Assembly: GCA_902785645.1 (NCBI GenBank) | Contig: CACZZG010000001.1 | Location: forward strand, 17,224 to 81,223 | Length of the DNA stretch: 64,000 nucleotides | Direction: 5' to 3' | DNA from: an uncultured Erysipelotrichaceae bacterium | GTDB taxonomy: Bacteria; Bacillota_I; Bacilli_A; RFN20; CAG-826 | In this document: in pieces, positions 1-7,951 of the stretch | How positions within the stretch are numbered: position 1 is the first letter of the stretch | Layout of the letters: every line of letters begins with the position of its first letter | Notes under the pieces: model-generated | Databases searched by the model: none | Seen by the model: only the letters and a program-made list of their open reading frames with translations | Told to the model about the DNA's origin: nothing | Translations under genes and position numbers: made by a program

Positions 1-1166
1 AAACAGAGGCTCACAAGATTACTACTGAAGAGTCCACAGAAATTTATTTCTACTTGGTTCAAAACGCTTATATTGATTCTAAAGGTCATGTCACACAAAA
101 ATATAAAGACGATGAAAAGAATGGCGTTTTTGCAGCTTTTGAGAACGAAACGCTCCAAGAAAACGCTTATGCAATCCATCAACTTGTTCAGAGAACATAT
201 AATAACGAAATCGCTATTGAAAACGGTAATATGCCTAAGAAGACAAATGGCTTAAACGACAACTTTGCTAAGCATGAATTCAAAGAATTGTGGAACATGA
301 TTAATGTTAAATATGCTTACACGGTTGACTTCAATTCTGAAGAGCTTATTACCAAAGCTATTGAAGCTATTGATGGTCAACTTCATGTTACAAAGCTTAT
401 TTACACAGTTTCGACTGGCGAACAAAGAGACGAACAAACTAAAGAAGGTCTTGATGCAAAAGAAGGCTTTAAAACTGCAAAAACCAGAACCGAGTCAATT
501 ACATCGTTTGCAAACGAATCTGTTAAATATGACTTGTTAGGCAAGGTTTGTGAATTAACAAAGTTAACAAGAAAGACTGTAGCAAAGATCTTGTGCTCGA
601 TTAGTCCGGCTAAGTTTGGTATGTATCAAGTTAACCCAGAAGAATTCATTTCTAAAGTTGCTAAACTTATCAACGAAGAGAAAGCTTCAATCATTGTCGA
701 ACACATTACTTATAACAAGACTGATGAAGATCCATTTGATTCAGAAATCTTTGTCCAAGAAAAGAATAGTGAAGAATTCAGAAAAGCATATGCTGCTAAA
801 AAGTGTATTCAAGACTATGTCTTCACTGATGGAAGTGCAGATAGATCCGTTGAAAGAAGATTCGCTGAGGATTTAGATAACGCTGATGAAGTTATGGTTT
901 ATGCAAAACTTCCAAAAGGATTCTATATTCCAACTCCAGTAGGTAAATACTCACCTGACTGGGCTATTGCTTTCAAACAAGGAACTGTCAAACATATTTA
1001 CTTTATTGCCGAAACCAAAGGCAGCATGTCATCTTTACAGCTTAGAAAGATAGAAGCCGCTAAGATTGACTGCGCCGCAAAACTATTCTCATCTATTTCA
1101 GACAAAGATGTTGTTTACGGCAAAGTTACCAACTATAACGAATTATTGAGTATTCTAAGAGAATAA
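1..1166 (+). CDS. res: Type III restriction enzyme Res subunit, C-terminal part (5' end lies outside the window)
   Basis: The frame is open from nt 3 to the TAA at 1164-1166, and the TTG at 54 is only the ORF-track start. The C-terminal nuclease block 'PTPVGKYSPDWAIAF...IYFIAETKGS...LRKIEAAKIDCAAKLF' matches the PD-(D/E)xK end of type III Res proteins. Confidence 0.7.
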   Translation, partial: TEAHKITTEESTEIYFYLVQNAYIDSKGHVTQKYKDDEKNGVFAAFENETLQENAYAIHQLVQRTYNNEIAIENGNMPKKTNGLNDNFAKHEFKELWNMINVKYAYTVDFNSEELITKAIEAIDGQLHVTKLIYTVSTGEQRDEQTKEGLDAKEGFKTAKTRTESITSFANESVKYDLLGKVCELTKLTRKTVAKILCSISPAKFGMYQVNPEEFISKVAKLINEEKASIIVEHITYNKTDEDPFDSEIFVQEKNSEEFRKAYAAKKCIQDYVFTDGSADRSVERRFAEDLDNADEVMVYAKLPKGFYIPTPVGKYSPDWAIAFKQGTVKHIYFIAETKGSMSSLQLRKIEAAKIDCAAKLFSSISDKDVVYGKVTNYNELLSILRE

Positions 1167-1167
1167 T

Positions 1168-1968
1168 ATGGCTTACAAAATTGTTTCAATTGTTTTCCAC
1201 GGTAAACACTTCTATGCAACAGGAGAATATCTTTCTGATGGAAAAGTTCTTATTTATAAGAATTCTCAATTTGCAAAAACAATTCACGATAGTCTTATCT
1301 CTGGTGGAAGAACTGAAAGATTATATCTTGAAAACAGTGGACTTCTTAAAAATGGTATTCTCTCACAAGATTATACTTTTTCAAGCTCCTCATCAGCCGC
1401 TTCTGCTATTGCAGGCCACAATAGAAACGGCTTATTAGAATTTAAAACCATCGAAGGATTAACGTTAGGTGAATATCTAAATGGTCTCACCAAAGAGGAT
1501 AAAGACAAGGAAGAAGTTCCTAGTGAGGCTGATAAAGATGATGAAATCATTGAAACCTATTATGGTGAAATTACAGATGTTCCTCCTGAAGAAAAGACCA
1601 GAGATGGAGTTAAGTTTTATCCAAGAAACGAAAAAGCTAAGAAAATCGCCATGATGCAAAGCGGCGATGTCTGTGCTTTACCAACTTGCAAACATCCTTT
1701 GTTTAAAAGAAGAAGTGGCAGAACTTATTTGGAAGCCCATCACTTAATCCCTATTAGCGTTTGTAAAGAATTCTCATCCAACATTGATATTCCAGAAAAT
1801 ATTGTTTGTTTGTGCCCTTCTTGTCATAGAGAGATTCATCACGGAGAAGAAGCCGAACGTATGATTTCGGAACTTTATGATGAAAGAAAAGAAGCCCTTG
1901 AGAAGAAAAATATTAAGTTGAATGGTGGATTAAAACAGCTTTTGAATTATTACGGAATAAAAAAATAA
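1168..1968 (+). CDS. DUF4357-like N-terminal domain fused to an HNH nuclease domain
   Basis: The ATG lies 1 nt after the res stop. The N-terminal half has 'FSSSSSAASAIAGHNRNGLLEFKT..G.TLGEYL' (DUF4357-like). The C-terminal half has 'CALPTC...EAHHLIPIS...CLCPSCHREIHHG' (HNH with Cys4 zinc-type ligands). Confidence 0.8.
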   Translation: MAYKIVSIVFHGKHFYATGEYLSDGKVLIYKNSQFAKTIHDSLISGGRTERLYLENSGLLKNGILSQDYTFSSSSSAASAIAGHNRNGLLEFKTIEGLTLGEYLNGLTKEDKDKEEVPSEADKDDEIIETYYGEITDVPPEEKTRDGVKFYPRNEKAKKIAMMQSGDVCALPTCKHPLFKRRSGRTYLEAHHLIPISVCKEFSSNIDIPENIVCLCPSCHREIHHGEEAERMISELYDERKEALEKKNIKLNGGLKQLLNYYGIKK

Positions 1969-2020
1969 TCGAAACTAAAAACAACACTAAAACAATTAAA
2001 CAATAAAGATAAATTGATTT

Positions 2021-2044
2021 CACCCTTATGGGTGTTTTCTTTTT
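2021..2044 (+). terminator. Rho-independent terminator after the res/HNH unit
   Basis: Hairpin CACCC-TTAT-GGGTG followed by TTTTCTTTTT. Confidence 0.7.
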
Positions 2045-2081
2045 ATGCTTATATACAAAAGTGCTACACTCTTAAAAACAT

Positions 2082-2102
2082 CAAACAAACAAAACAAACA
2101 AA
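2082..2102 (+). repeat. Imperfect (CAAA)n microsatellite within a C/A-rich leader
   Basis: The sequence caaacaaacaaaacaaacaaa sits inside a roughly 70 nt stretch made almost only of C and A, upstream of the 2181 ORF. Confidence 0.8.
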
Positions 2103-2180
2103 TACACAAAAACAATTTACAAACAACATAAGGAGCAATACAATAAAAGTGTCAAGGTATTAGACCAGGAGGTAATTATT

Positions 2181-2579
2181 ATGCTTTGGGAAACTGTAAA
2201 AATTAAAAACGAAAGAAAAGGAAGAACCATGCCTTATGCGAGTGTTGGCTTTGGTAGATTATCTTTAAGTTGTGCTGCGTGCGATTTAATTGATAATTTT
2301 GATACCTATGCTTATGTCGAATTGCTCAAGGCTGTTGTTAATAACGAAACCCTTATCGGTGTTAGATTTCTTAAAGAAGATGCTAAAACAACCAATTCCC
2401 TTCCTATTAAAAGAAGAAAACTAAAAGACGGTAGTGTTGTTGGCGGAATTGATATTTCAAATAAAGGTACAATGGCTGAGCTTTTTGGTTTAGCTGGTAC
2501 GCAAAACAAAGCTACTCGTTATGGAGTTAAAAGAGATCCAGACGAAGAGAATGTTTTAATTATCTTTGGAGAAAAATAA
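2181..2579 (+). CDS. Hypothetical small soluble protein, first gene of the three-gene cassette
   Basis: Strong RBS AGGAGG 8 nt upstream of the ATG. No recognisable motif. An alternative start at M17 also has an AAGGAAG RBS. Confidence 0.55.
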   Translation: MLWETVKIKNERKGRTMPYASVGFGRLSLSCAACDLIDNFDTYAYVELLKAVVNNETLIGVRFLKEDAKTTNSLPIKRRKLKDGSVVGGIDISNKGTMAELFGLAGTQNKATRYGVKRDPDEENVLIIFGEK

Positions 2580-2582
2580 TCT

Positions 2583-2771
2583 ATGTTAGAAGTGCTTGAT
2601 GCGTTTGGAAAGTTATTGTGGGCTATGCTTAGCTCAGCTTTCAGCCTATACAAACAGCTAACTGGAATTCAAAATGATTTCTGGGCGGCAGCATTGGGTG
2701 TTTCTCCAGTAGTTGTTTCTATCTTATTCTTCGTAATCAGAAAAGCCAAAACGGCATTGGAATCCATATGA
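2583..2771 (+). CDS. Hypothetical small membrane protein (62 aa)
   Basis: Starts 3 nt after the previous stop. The C-terminal hydrophobic helix 'ALGVSPVVVSILFFVI' is followed by RKAK. Its stop overlaps the next start (ATGA). Confidence 0.5.
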   Translation: MLEVLDAFGKLLWAMLSSAFSLYKQLTGIQNDFWAAALGVSPVVVSILFFVIRKAKTALESI

Positions 2772-3688
2772 AGCTAATTGATATCTTTGATAGAGAAATC
2801 GAGTGTGATTACAGAAATGAACATTATTCTGTTAGGGATAATGGCGCCATCATGCGTCATGCCAAAGAAGGAAAAAGACCAAGACCTCTTGATGGTGTTT
2901 GGACATTTGGAATTCTAGATACTCAAAAAGGATATACGCGAATAGGGAACGAAGCTGTTCATAGGGTGGTAGCTACAGCCTTTTTAGGAGAGCCTCCTAC
3001 TCCTCAGCACGTAGTGGATCACATTGACACAAATAGACAAAATAACAGACCAGAGAATCTGAGGTGGGTAACTAAACTTGAAAATGCTATGTTGAATGAC
3101 ATAACTAGAAAGAAACTTGAATGGATATGTGGTTGCTCAATCGAAGAGATAGTCAAAGACTGGTCAATCATTCAAAATAAAAACCTTCCTCCAAATATTG
3201 CATGGATGAAAGCTGTTACTAAAGAAGAAGCTGAAGAATCATTAAACACATGGAGAAAATGGACTGAAAACTTGGCTCAAAGAAAAGAATGTGACAAAGT
3301 CACTATGCAATACTTTAAATATAGGAATGGACCAAACGCTATGGTTTATCCTCTGGAACCGATTGGAGGCGAATTGTCACTTCAAGAGTACTATGACAAT
3401 CTCAAACCAAATAAAAGGTTCTGCTATAAGACCTACAGAAGCGGGACTTATGGCTATCGCATATTAGATTATTATTATAATAAGGATACAGGCGTTCTCT
3501 CTGTTGCAACTCAAAGCGAAGACAAAGAAGGAGTCAAAACTTTGTTCTTAACGAGCGTAACAATTAAAAACAACGAATTTGAATATTCAACCAGGAGTTT
3601 CTTCTCTCCAGATGGGTTAGAGAAGTATATGACTCTAGCCAGAGGCGAAGAGTGGGCCGGTGGAGACGTTATTGATGATTATTGTTAG
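2768..3688 (+). CDS. NUMOD4/HNH_3-type (phage homing-endonuclease-like) nuclease with an approximately 190 aa unknown C-terminal domain
   Basis: The motif 'VHRVVATAFLGEPP..HVVDHIDTNRQNNRPENLRWVTKLEN' is the classic HNH_3 signature. The preceding 'EHYSVRDNGAIMR' is NUMOD4-like. Confidence 0.8.
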   Translation: MKLIDIFDREIECDYRNEHYSVRDNGAIMRHAKEGKRPRPLDGVWTFGILDTQKGYTRIGNEAVHRVVATAFLGEPPTPQHVVDHIDTNRQNNRPENLRWVTKLENAMLNDITRKKLEWICGCSIEEIVKDWSIIQNKNLPPNIAWMKAVTKEEAEESLNTWRKWTENLAQRKECDKVTMQYFKYRNGPNAMVYPLEPIGGELSLQEYYDNLKPNKRFCYKTYRSGTYGYRILDYYYNKDTGVLSVATQSEDKEGVKTLFLTSVTIKNNEFEYSTRSFFSPDGLEKYMTLARGEEWAGGDVIDDYC

Positions 3689-3692
3689 AATT

Positions 3693-3716
3693 GCGGAATG
3701 ATCCGCTTTTCTTTTT
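3693..3716 (+). terminator. Rho-independent terminator closing the three-gene cassette
   Basis: Hairpin GCGGA-ATGA-TCCGC followed by TTTTCTTTTT. Confidence 0.75.
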
Positions 3717-4043
3717 GAGAATAAACACTGTTCCAGGGAATATGTTTTTCGCAACAAAAAAGATATAAAAATAACCATTAAGCATAGCTTAGTAACCAAA
3801 ATATGATGATAAAAGCTATCGGTGTATACAACACTCGCACCCCTTATCAGAGAATATATTTGTTCTGCTGTGAGCAATTAAGTGCCATTTTTTTCTATAT
3901 TGTTCCTTATTCCAACACAATATTACTATTTGTTAAACAAAATCACTGTTGATAATTTAGGGAAACAAAGGGAAGCGTGGAACAAAATGTATAACTAGAA
4001 TTGGTATAGTATTACATAAAATGCTATTATATAAAATGCAAGT

Positions 4044-4673
4044 ATGAACGAGGATTTTAAGAATTTTTATTTGACTGATATAGGTGGCTTATTTCAAGTC
4101 TATTCGCCACTTGGTGTTCATCGTGAAATCGAAAATAGAGATATTTCTTATGTTATTAATTTTAAATGCACTAAAACTTTTCCTACTTTTAAATCTTTTG
4201 AATGCAATGTTAACTCAATCGTCGAATATATTGATCGATTAAGAATAAATAGATATAAAGCAGATTCCAGCTATTTTGTAGTAATCTCAAGATTAATTCT
4301 TGATATTATTCTTAAATTAACAACGGACGAGGAAAAGAAATACCCATTAATTCTATTAAATGCCATAGATTATATTCATGATCATTTTGCCGATAGTGAT
4401 ATTACCAATGAGGCTATAGCAAAACATTGTTCTATTTCTGTTATTTATTTGCAGAAATTATTTGCTAAATATATAAAGAAGGGAACAAAACAATATATTG
4501 ATTATTTAAGGTTTCACAAAGCGGAAGATCTTCTTTTGACAACAGATCGGCCTGTTTATCAAATAGCGAATGAATGTGGCTTTACTAATCAAATTACTTT
4601 CTTTCGCGCTTTTGAAAAAAAGCATAACGGTTTAACTCCTACCGAATTTAGAAAACTAAATAGCATTATCTAA
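4044..4673 (+). CDS. AraC/XylS-family transcriptional regulator (short form)
   Basis: C-terminal double HTH: 'IAKHCSISVIYLQKLF...' and 'IANECGFTNQITFFRAFEKKHNGLTPTEFR'. Confidence 0.85.
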   Translation: MNEDFKNFYLTDIGGLFQVYSPLGVHREIENRDISYVINFKCTKTFPTFKSFECNVNSIVEYIDRLRINRYKADSSYFVVISRLILDIILKLTTDEEKKYPLILLNAIDYIHDHFADSDITNEAIAKHCSISVIYLQKLFAKYIKKGTKQYIDYLRFHKAEDLLLTTDRPVYQIANECGFTNQITFFRAFEKKHNGLTPTEFRKLNSII

Positions 4674-4764
4674 TATAGAAAATGTTACTTTTAATATATA
4701 AAACGCAATTTTAAATAGGTTTTCCTATTCCTATAATTATATTTGTAATTGGGGTTTATATATT

Positions 4765-5931
4765 ATGGATAAAAAATCTATTTTTTTAACACTTATAACT
4801 TCACTTTCTCTTTTTGCGTGCTCTAGTAAAGTACCATACGATGTCGAAGTAAAAGTTATAGAACCAACTTGTATAAGTGAAGGCTATACCGAACACATAC
4901 AAAACGATGGATATGTCTATAGAGATAATATTGTTCCTAAATCTGAACACCATTATCAAGATTTGACTATTGGTGGAGATGATGGAATCGTTTATCACAT
5001 TTGTGATGTCTGTGGATATTTGCAATACGATTTCATCGAACAAACTTTTGACACTAATGTCGATATTGATTTAAATCGTGAAAAACCCGTTTTTACTGAC
5101 CATAGTGTGATGCCTGTTTCCATGATTTTAGAAAATAACCCTGATGATGCAATTATCAAAATTAGAAAATCAGAAGCCCATGGGGCAAAAGGAATCATGG
5201 TTTATATTACCGCTTTAAATCGCGAATATTGGAACATAAATGATTTACAAAGAATTATGTATTGCACGAATTTACCGGTTTTAGCAATTGCATATAATGG
5301 AAATTTCGTTGGTAATTCAGTTAATCAAAGTTGGGAAGATTTTGCTAGCCTATTAAAACTTTCTGTCAAAGCTGGTGCTTGCGCAGTTGATATGCCTGGC
5401 TATTTGTTCACTCCTAATTATGATGATATCCCAACCCAAAACACCAATTTAAAACCAACTTATGTTGCCGAAGGTGTTGATGTTTCTTTCGTCGATGCTA
5501 AGGCCAAAGAAATATCGCTAGATAAAACAGTTATTGCCAAACAACAACAGTTTATTTCTGAAATACATGGATTAGGTGGGGAAGTTTTATATTCCGCTCA
5601 TGTTGGTGTTCAAATGGATTGCTCACAAATTGTATCGGCTGCTAAGTTCATTCAAAGCGTCGGTGTTGATGTTGCTAAAATTGTTCTTTCTGGATCCAGC
5701 AAAGAAACAGTTATCGAACACTTAAAAGCCTGTATGATTCTTGAAAACGAACTCGATATTAAGTTTTCTGTTCATGGTCAATCGACGCTATCAAGACTTA
5801 TGTGTCCAATGTTTGGAAGTTATATTGCTTTTTGTGTTGATGAATACACTGATAGTGAAACAAATATCCAAATAGATTTAGCAACAATGATTGCTATATT
5901 AGAATCCCCAGAATTATCCGGTAACCATTAA
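4765..5931 (+). CDS. Lipoprotein with an N-terminal Cys/His-rich module and a type I 3-dehydroquinase-like TIM-barrel domain
   Basis: Lipobox 'SLFAC'. By-eye colinearity with AroD: 'VLYSAHVG' against the SNHDF His, 'VGVDVAKIVL' against the ADIPKIAL Lys, 'QSTLSRLMCPMFGS' against GVISRLAGEVFGS. Confidence 0.5.
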   Translation: MDKKSIFLTLITSLSLFACSSKVPYDVEVKVIEPTCISEGYTEHIQNDGYVYRDNIVPKSEHHYQDLTIGGDDGIVYHICDVCGYLQYDFIEQTFDTNVDIDLNREKPVFTDHSVMPVSMILENNPDDAIIKIRKSEAHGAKGIMVYITALNREYWNINDLQRIMYCTNLPVLAIAYNGNFVGNSVNQSWEDFASLLKLSVKAGACAVDMPGYLFTPNYDDIPTQNTNLKPTYVAEGVDVSFVDAKAKEISLDKTVIAKQQQFISEIHGLGGEVLYSAHVGVQMDCSQIVSAAKFIQSVGVDVAKIVLSGSSKETVIEHLKACMILENELDIKFSVHGQSTLSRLMCPMFGSYIAFCVDEYTDSETNIQIDLATMIAILESPELSGNH

Positions 5932-7937
5932 TGAAAAAGATTGCTCTTATCTTTTTGCCATTTTTAGTGGCGTGTAGCAAAGCAACAATGACTAGCAATG
6001 TTGTTAAAGAAGAACAACAAGAAAAGATTAGCCATGTTATTTTGCTTGCCGGTGGCGAGAATTGTTTGGGCTATTCTTATTCTTATCATCTTCAAGAAAT
6101 TGATGGTGTGAGTATGGATAAATTCAAAGAATATCAAAAAGGATATAACAATGTCAAAATATCCTATAGAAATATGCTTAATAGTGGTCTTGTACACAAA
6201 GAACAATTGTCTTTTGTTAATACAAGAATAGGACAAGGCAAAGCCGCAGATGAAGGCATTCGCTTTGGATGTTTGGGCCCAGAAGTTGGCATTGCAGAAT
6301 ATCTATCTAATATGCGTCCTAGCGAAGAATATTACATTATTAAATTCGCTGGTGGTGGCGAATCATCATTCACATATCAATGGAATGTCGATCACGGAAT
6401 TTATTATCACAAAATGGTGGAATTCTTTGATCAACAATTGAATAAACTAGTGAATCAACAAATTAATTTTGATGTTTCTTCCTTTATGTTTGTGCAAGGT
6501 GAAAGTGACGCTAAAAACTATAATGTTGATTATGGAAATTATTTAGAAGATTTTGTTAACGATGTGAAATTAAGATATCAAAAATATGCCCCTATTAACG
6601 GCATGTCCTTTATTGATGCTGGCATATCTTCTCATTATTTGCTTAATTACCGCAATATTAACAATTCTAAAAAAGAAGTAATGAGTAATGATTCACGTCA
6701 TTTTTATATCGATACCATCTTAGGCAATGTCACAAGAAATCAAGATAATATGGATCGCGTTCATTACGATGCTAAAGGTGAAATAAAATTAGGTAATTTA
6801 TTTGCGAAAGCATATTTATCCATGCAAGATCAAATAATTTCTGATGATAAATATATTTTAGAAAACAGAATTAACGATTCGTTATTAGAAGATAAATATG
6901 TCATTGAAACCATTAGAAGTGGACGATATATAAAAGCTAATTTCACTTTTGATAACGATCAAATAACTAGCGATGTAATTGATAATAATTTATCTATTAA
7001 AGATGGAATATGTATTAAGTATTGTCTCGCAGAAGATGAAGACAAAATAAATAGCGTTAATTTAAGAAAGGTAAATTTATATATCGATAATAGGGTTGAA
7101 TTTTTTAAATACTCTCTCGCGCAAAAGGGTTTTATTAAATCAACGACCGATGATGAATTCATCAATTCCATCGATGGTTTAATTGAACAAAACGATGAAT
7201 TAATTGGTTATCGTATTAACATAACGATTCCTAATCCTTCTAATAACAAAATATTTGTTTCTTTCGGAATGATAAAAGATGGACACGTTACTTTTTACCA
7301 CGATGAGAAAATCATTAGTAGTGATGTAGAAACATATCCTTATATCGAAAATAATTATCTAGTCGATAACAAAAATGTCACGAATGGTCATATTTTTGGT
7401 TCCATCAATAACTTAAAAGCCACTAAAGGATGGGAATTATCCAATGATAAAGAACAAATCTATATATCTAAAGGTTTGGCTCTTAATACCGTATTTGCTT
7501 ATCAAAAGAATGATATTAATTTATCATTCAATGCTTCCATTAATGCTAATGGAGTAATTAATTATGATCCATGGCCAAAATTTGGCATCGTTCTTGTTGA
7601 TGAAGAATTTAACGGAGTTTTCTATTACGTTGACGCTTATGGAAATGGTTATTCAATGAATGGAACGGACTTAGGATATTGCTTAGTAACGGGAGGAACA
7701 TTCTCGAATTATGCCTCTCTTGGCTATAGTGTTGGCACTAATTCCTCCGTTTATCAAAATGACAACTATATTTCTTTAGGTATTGATAGAGAAGAAGATC
7801 AATATCATTTCTTGTTTAATGGTGTAGTTGTTAAAACCATACAAAACGTGACAAATATAGGTTTAAGAAAAGCCTATTTTGGAATAAATACATTCAATGT
7901 TTCTGTGAATGTAAAAAATTATGATTTTTCTGATTAA
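5931..7937 (+). CDS. Lipoprotein with a SASA (sialate O-acetylesterase/CE6-like) domain and a C-terminal beta-rich domain
   Basis: Lipobox 'FLVAC'. The ATG overlaps the upstream TAA by 1 nt. SASA blocks are 'VILLAGGENCLGY' (the GQSNM position), 'FVQGESDA' and 'DRVHYDAKG'. Confidence 0.65.
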   Translation: MKKIALIFLPFLVACSKATMTSNVVKEEQQEKISHVILLAGGENCLGYSYSYHLQEIDGVSMDKFKEYQKGYNNVKISYRNMLNSGLVHKEQLSFVNTRIGQGKAADEGIRFGCLGPEVGIAEYLSNMRPSEEYYIIKFAGGGESSFTYQWNVDHGIYYHKMVEFFDQQLNKLVNQQINFDVSSFMFVQGESDAKNYNVDYGNYLEDFVNDVKLRYQKYAPINGMSFIDAGISSHYLLNYRNINNSKKEVMSNDSRHFYIDTILGNVTRNQDNMDRVHYDAKGEIKLGNLFAKAYLSMQDQIISDDKYILENRINDSLLEDKYVIETIRSGRYIKANFTFDNDQITSDVIDNNLSIKDGICIKYCLAEDEDKINSVNLRKVNLYIDNRVEFFKYSLAQKGFIKSTTDDEFINSIDGLIEQNDELIGYRINITIPNPSNNKIFVSFGMIKDGHVTFYHDEKIISSDVETYPYIENNYLVDNKNVTNGHIFGSINNLKATKGWELSNDKEQIYISKGLALNTVFAYQKNDINLSFNASINANGVINYDPWPKFGIVLVDEEFNGVFYYVDAYGNGYSMNGTDLGYCLVTGGTFSNYASLGYSVGTNSSVYQNDNYISLGIDREEDQYHFLFNGVVVKTIQNVTNIGLRKAYFGINTFNVSVNVKNYDFSD

Positions 7938-7951
7938 AGGAGGTATCTATT

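Noticed and set aside
1-3716. Treating the res/HNH/cassette region as a defined mobile element or prophage.
   Set aside because: No integrase, transposase, terminal inverted repeats or att-like duplication is visible within the window, and the left boundary is outside the sequence. Only a defense-island-like context can be stated.
3635-3877. An 80 aa minus-strand ORF spanning the end of the HNH gene and the following spacer.
   Set aside because: It overlaps the HNH gene and its terminator hairpin, lacks an RBS and has no motif. The 3717-4043 spacer is better read as non-coding, with TGTTCC/GGAACA repeats possibly serving as regulator sites for the AraC-headed operon.
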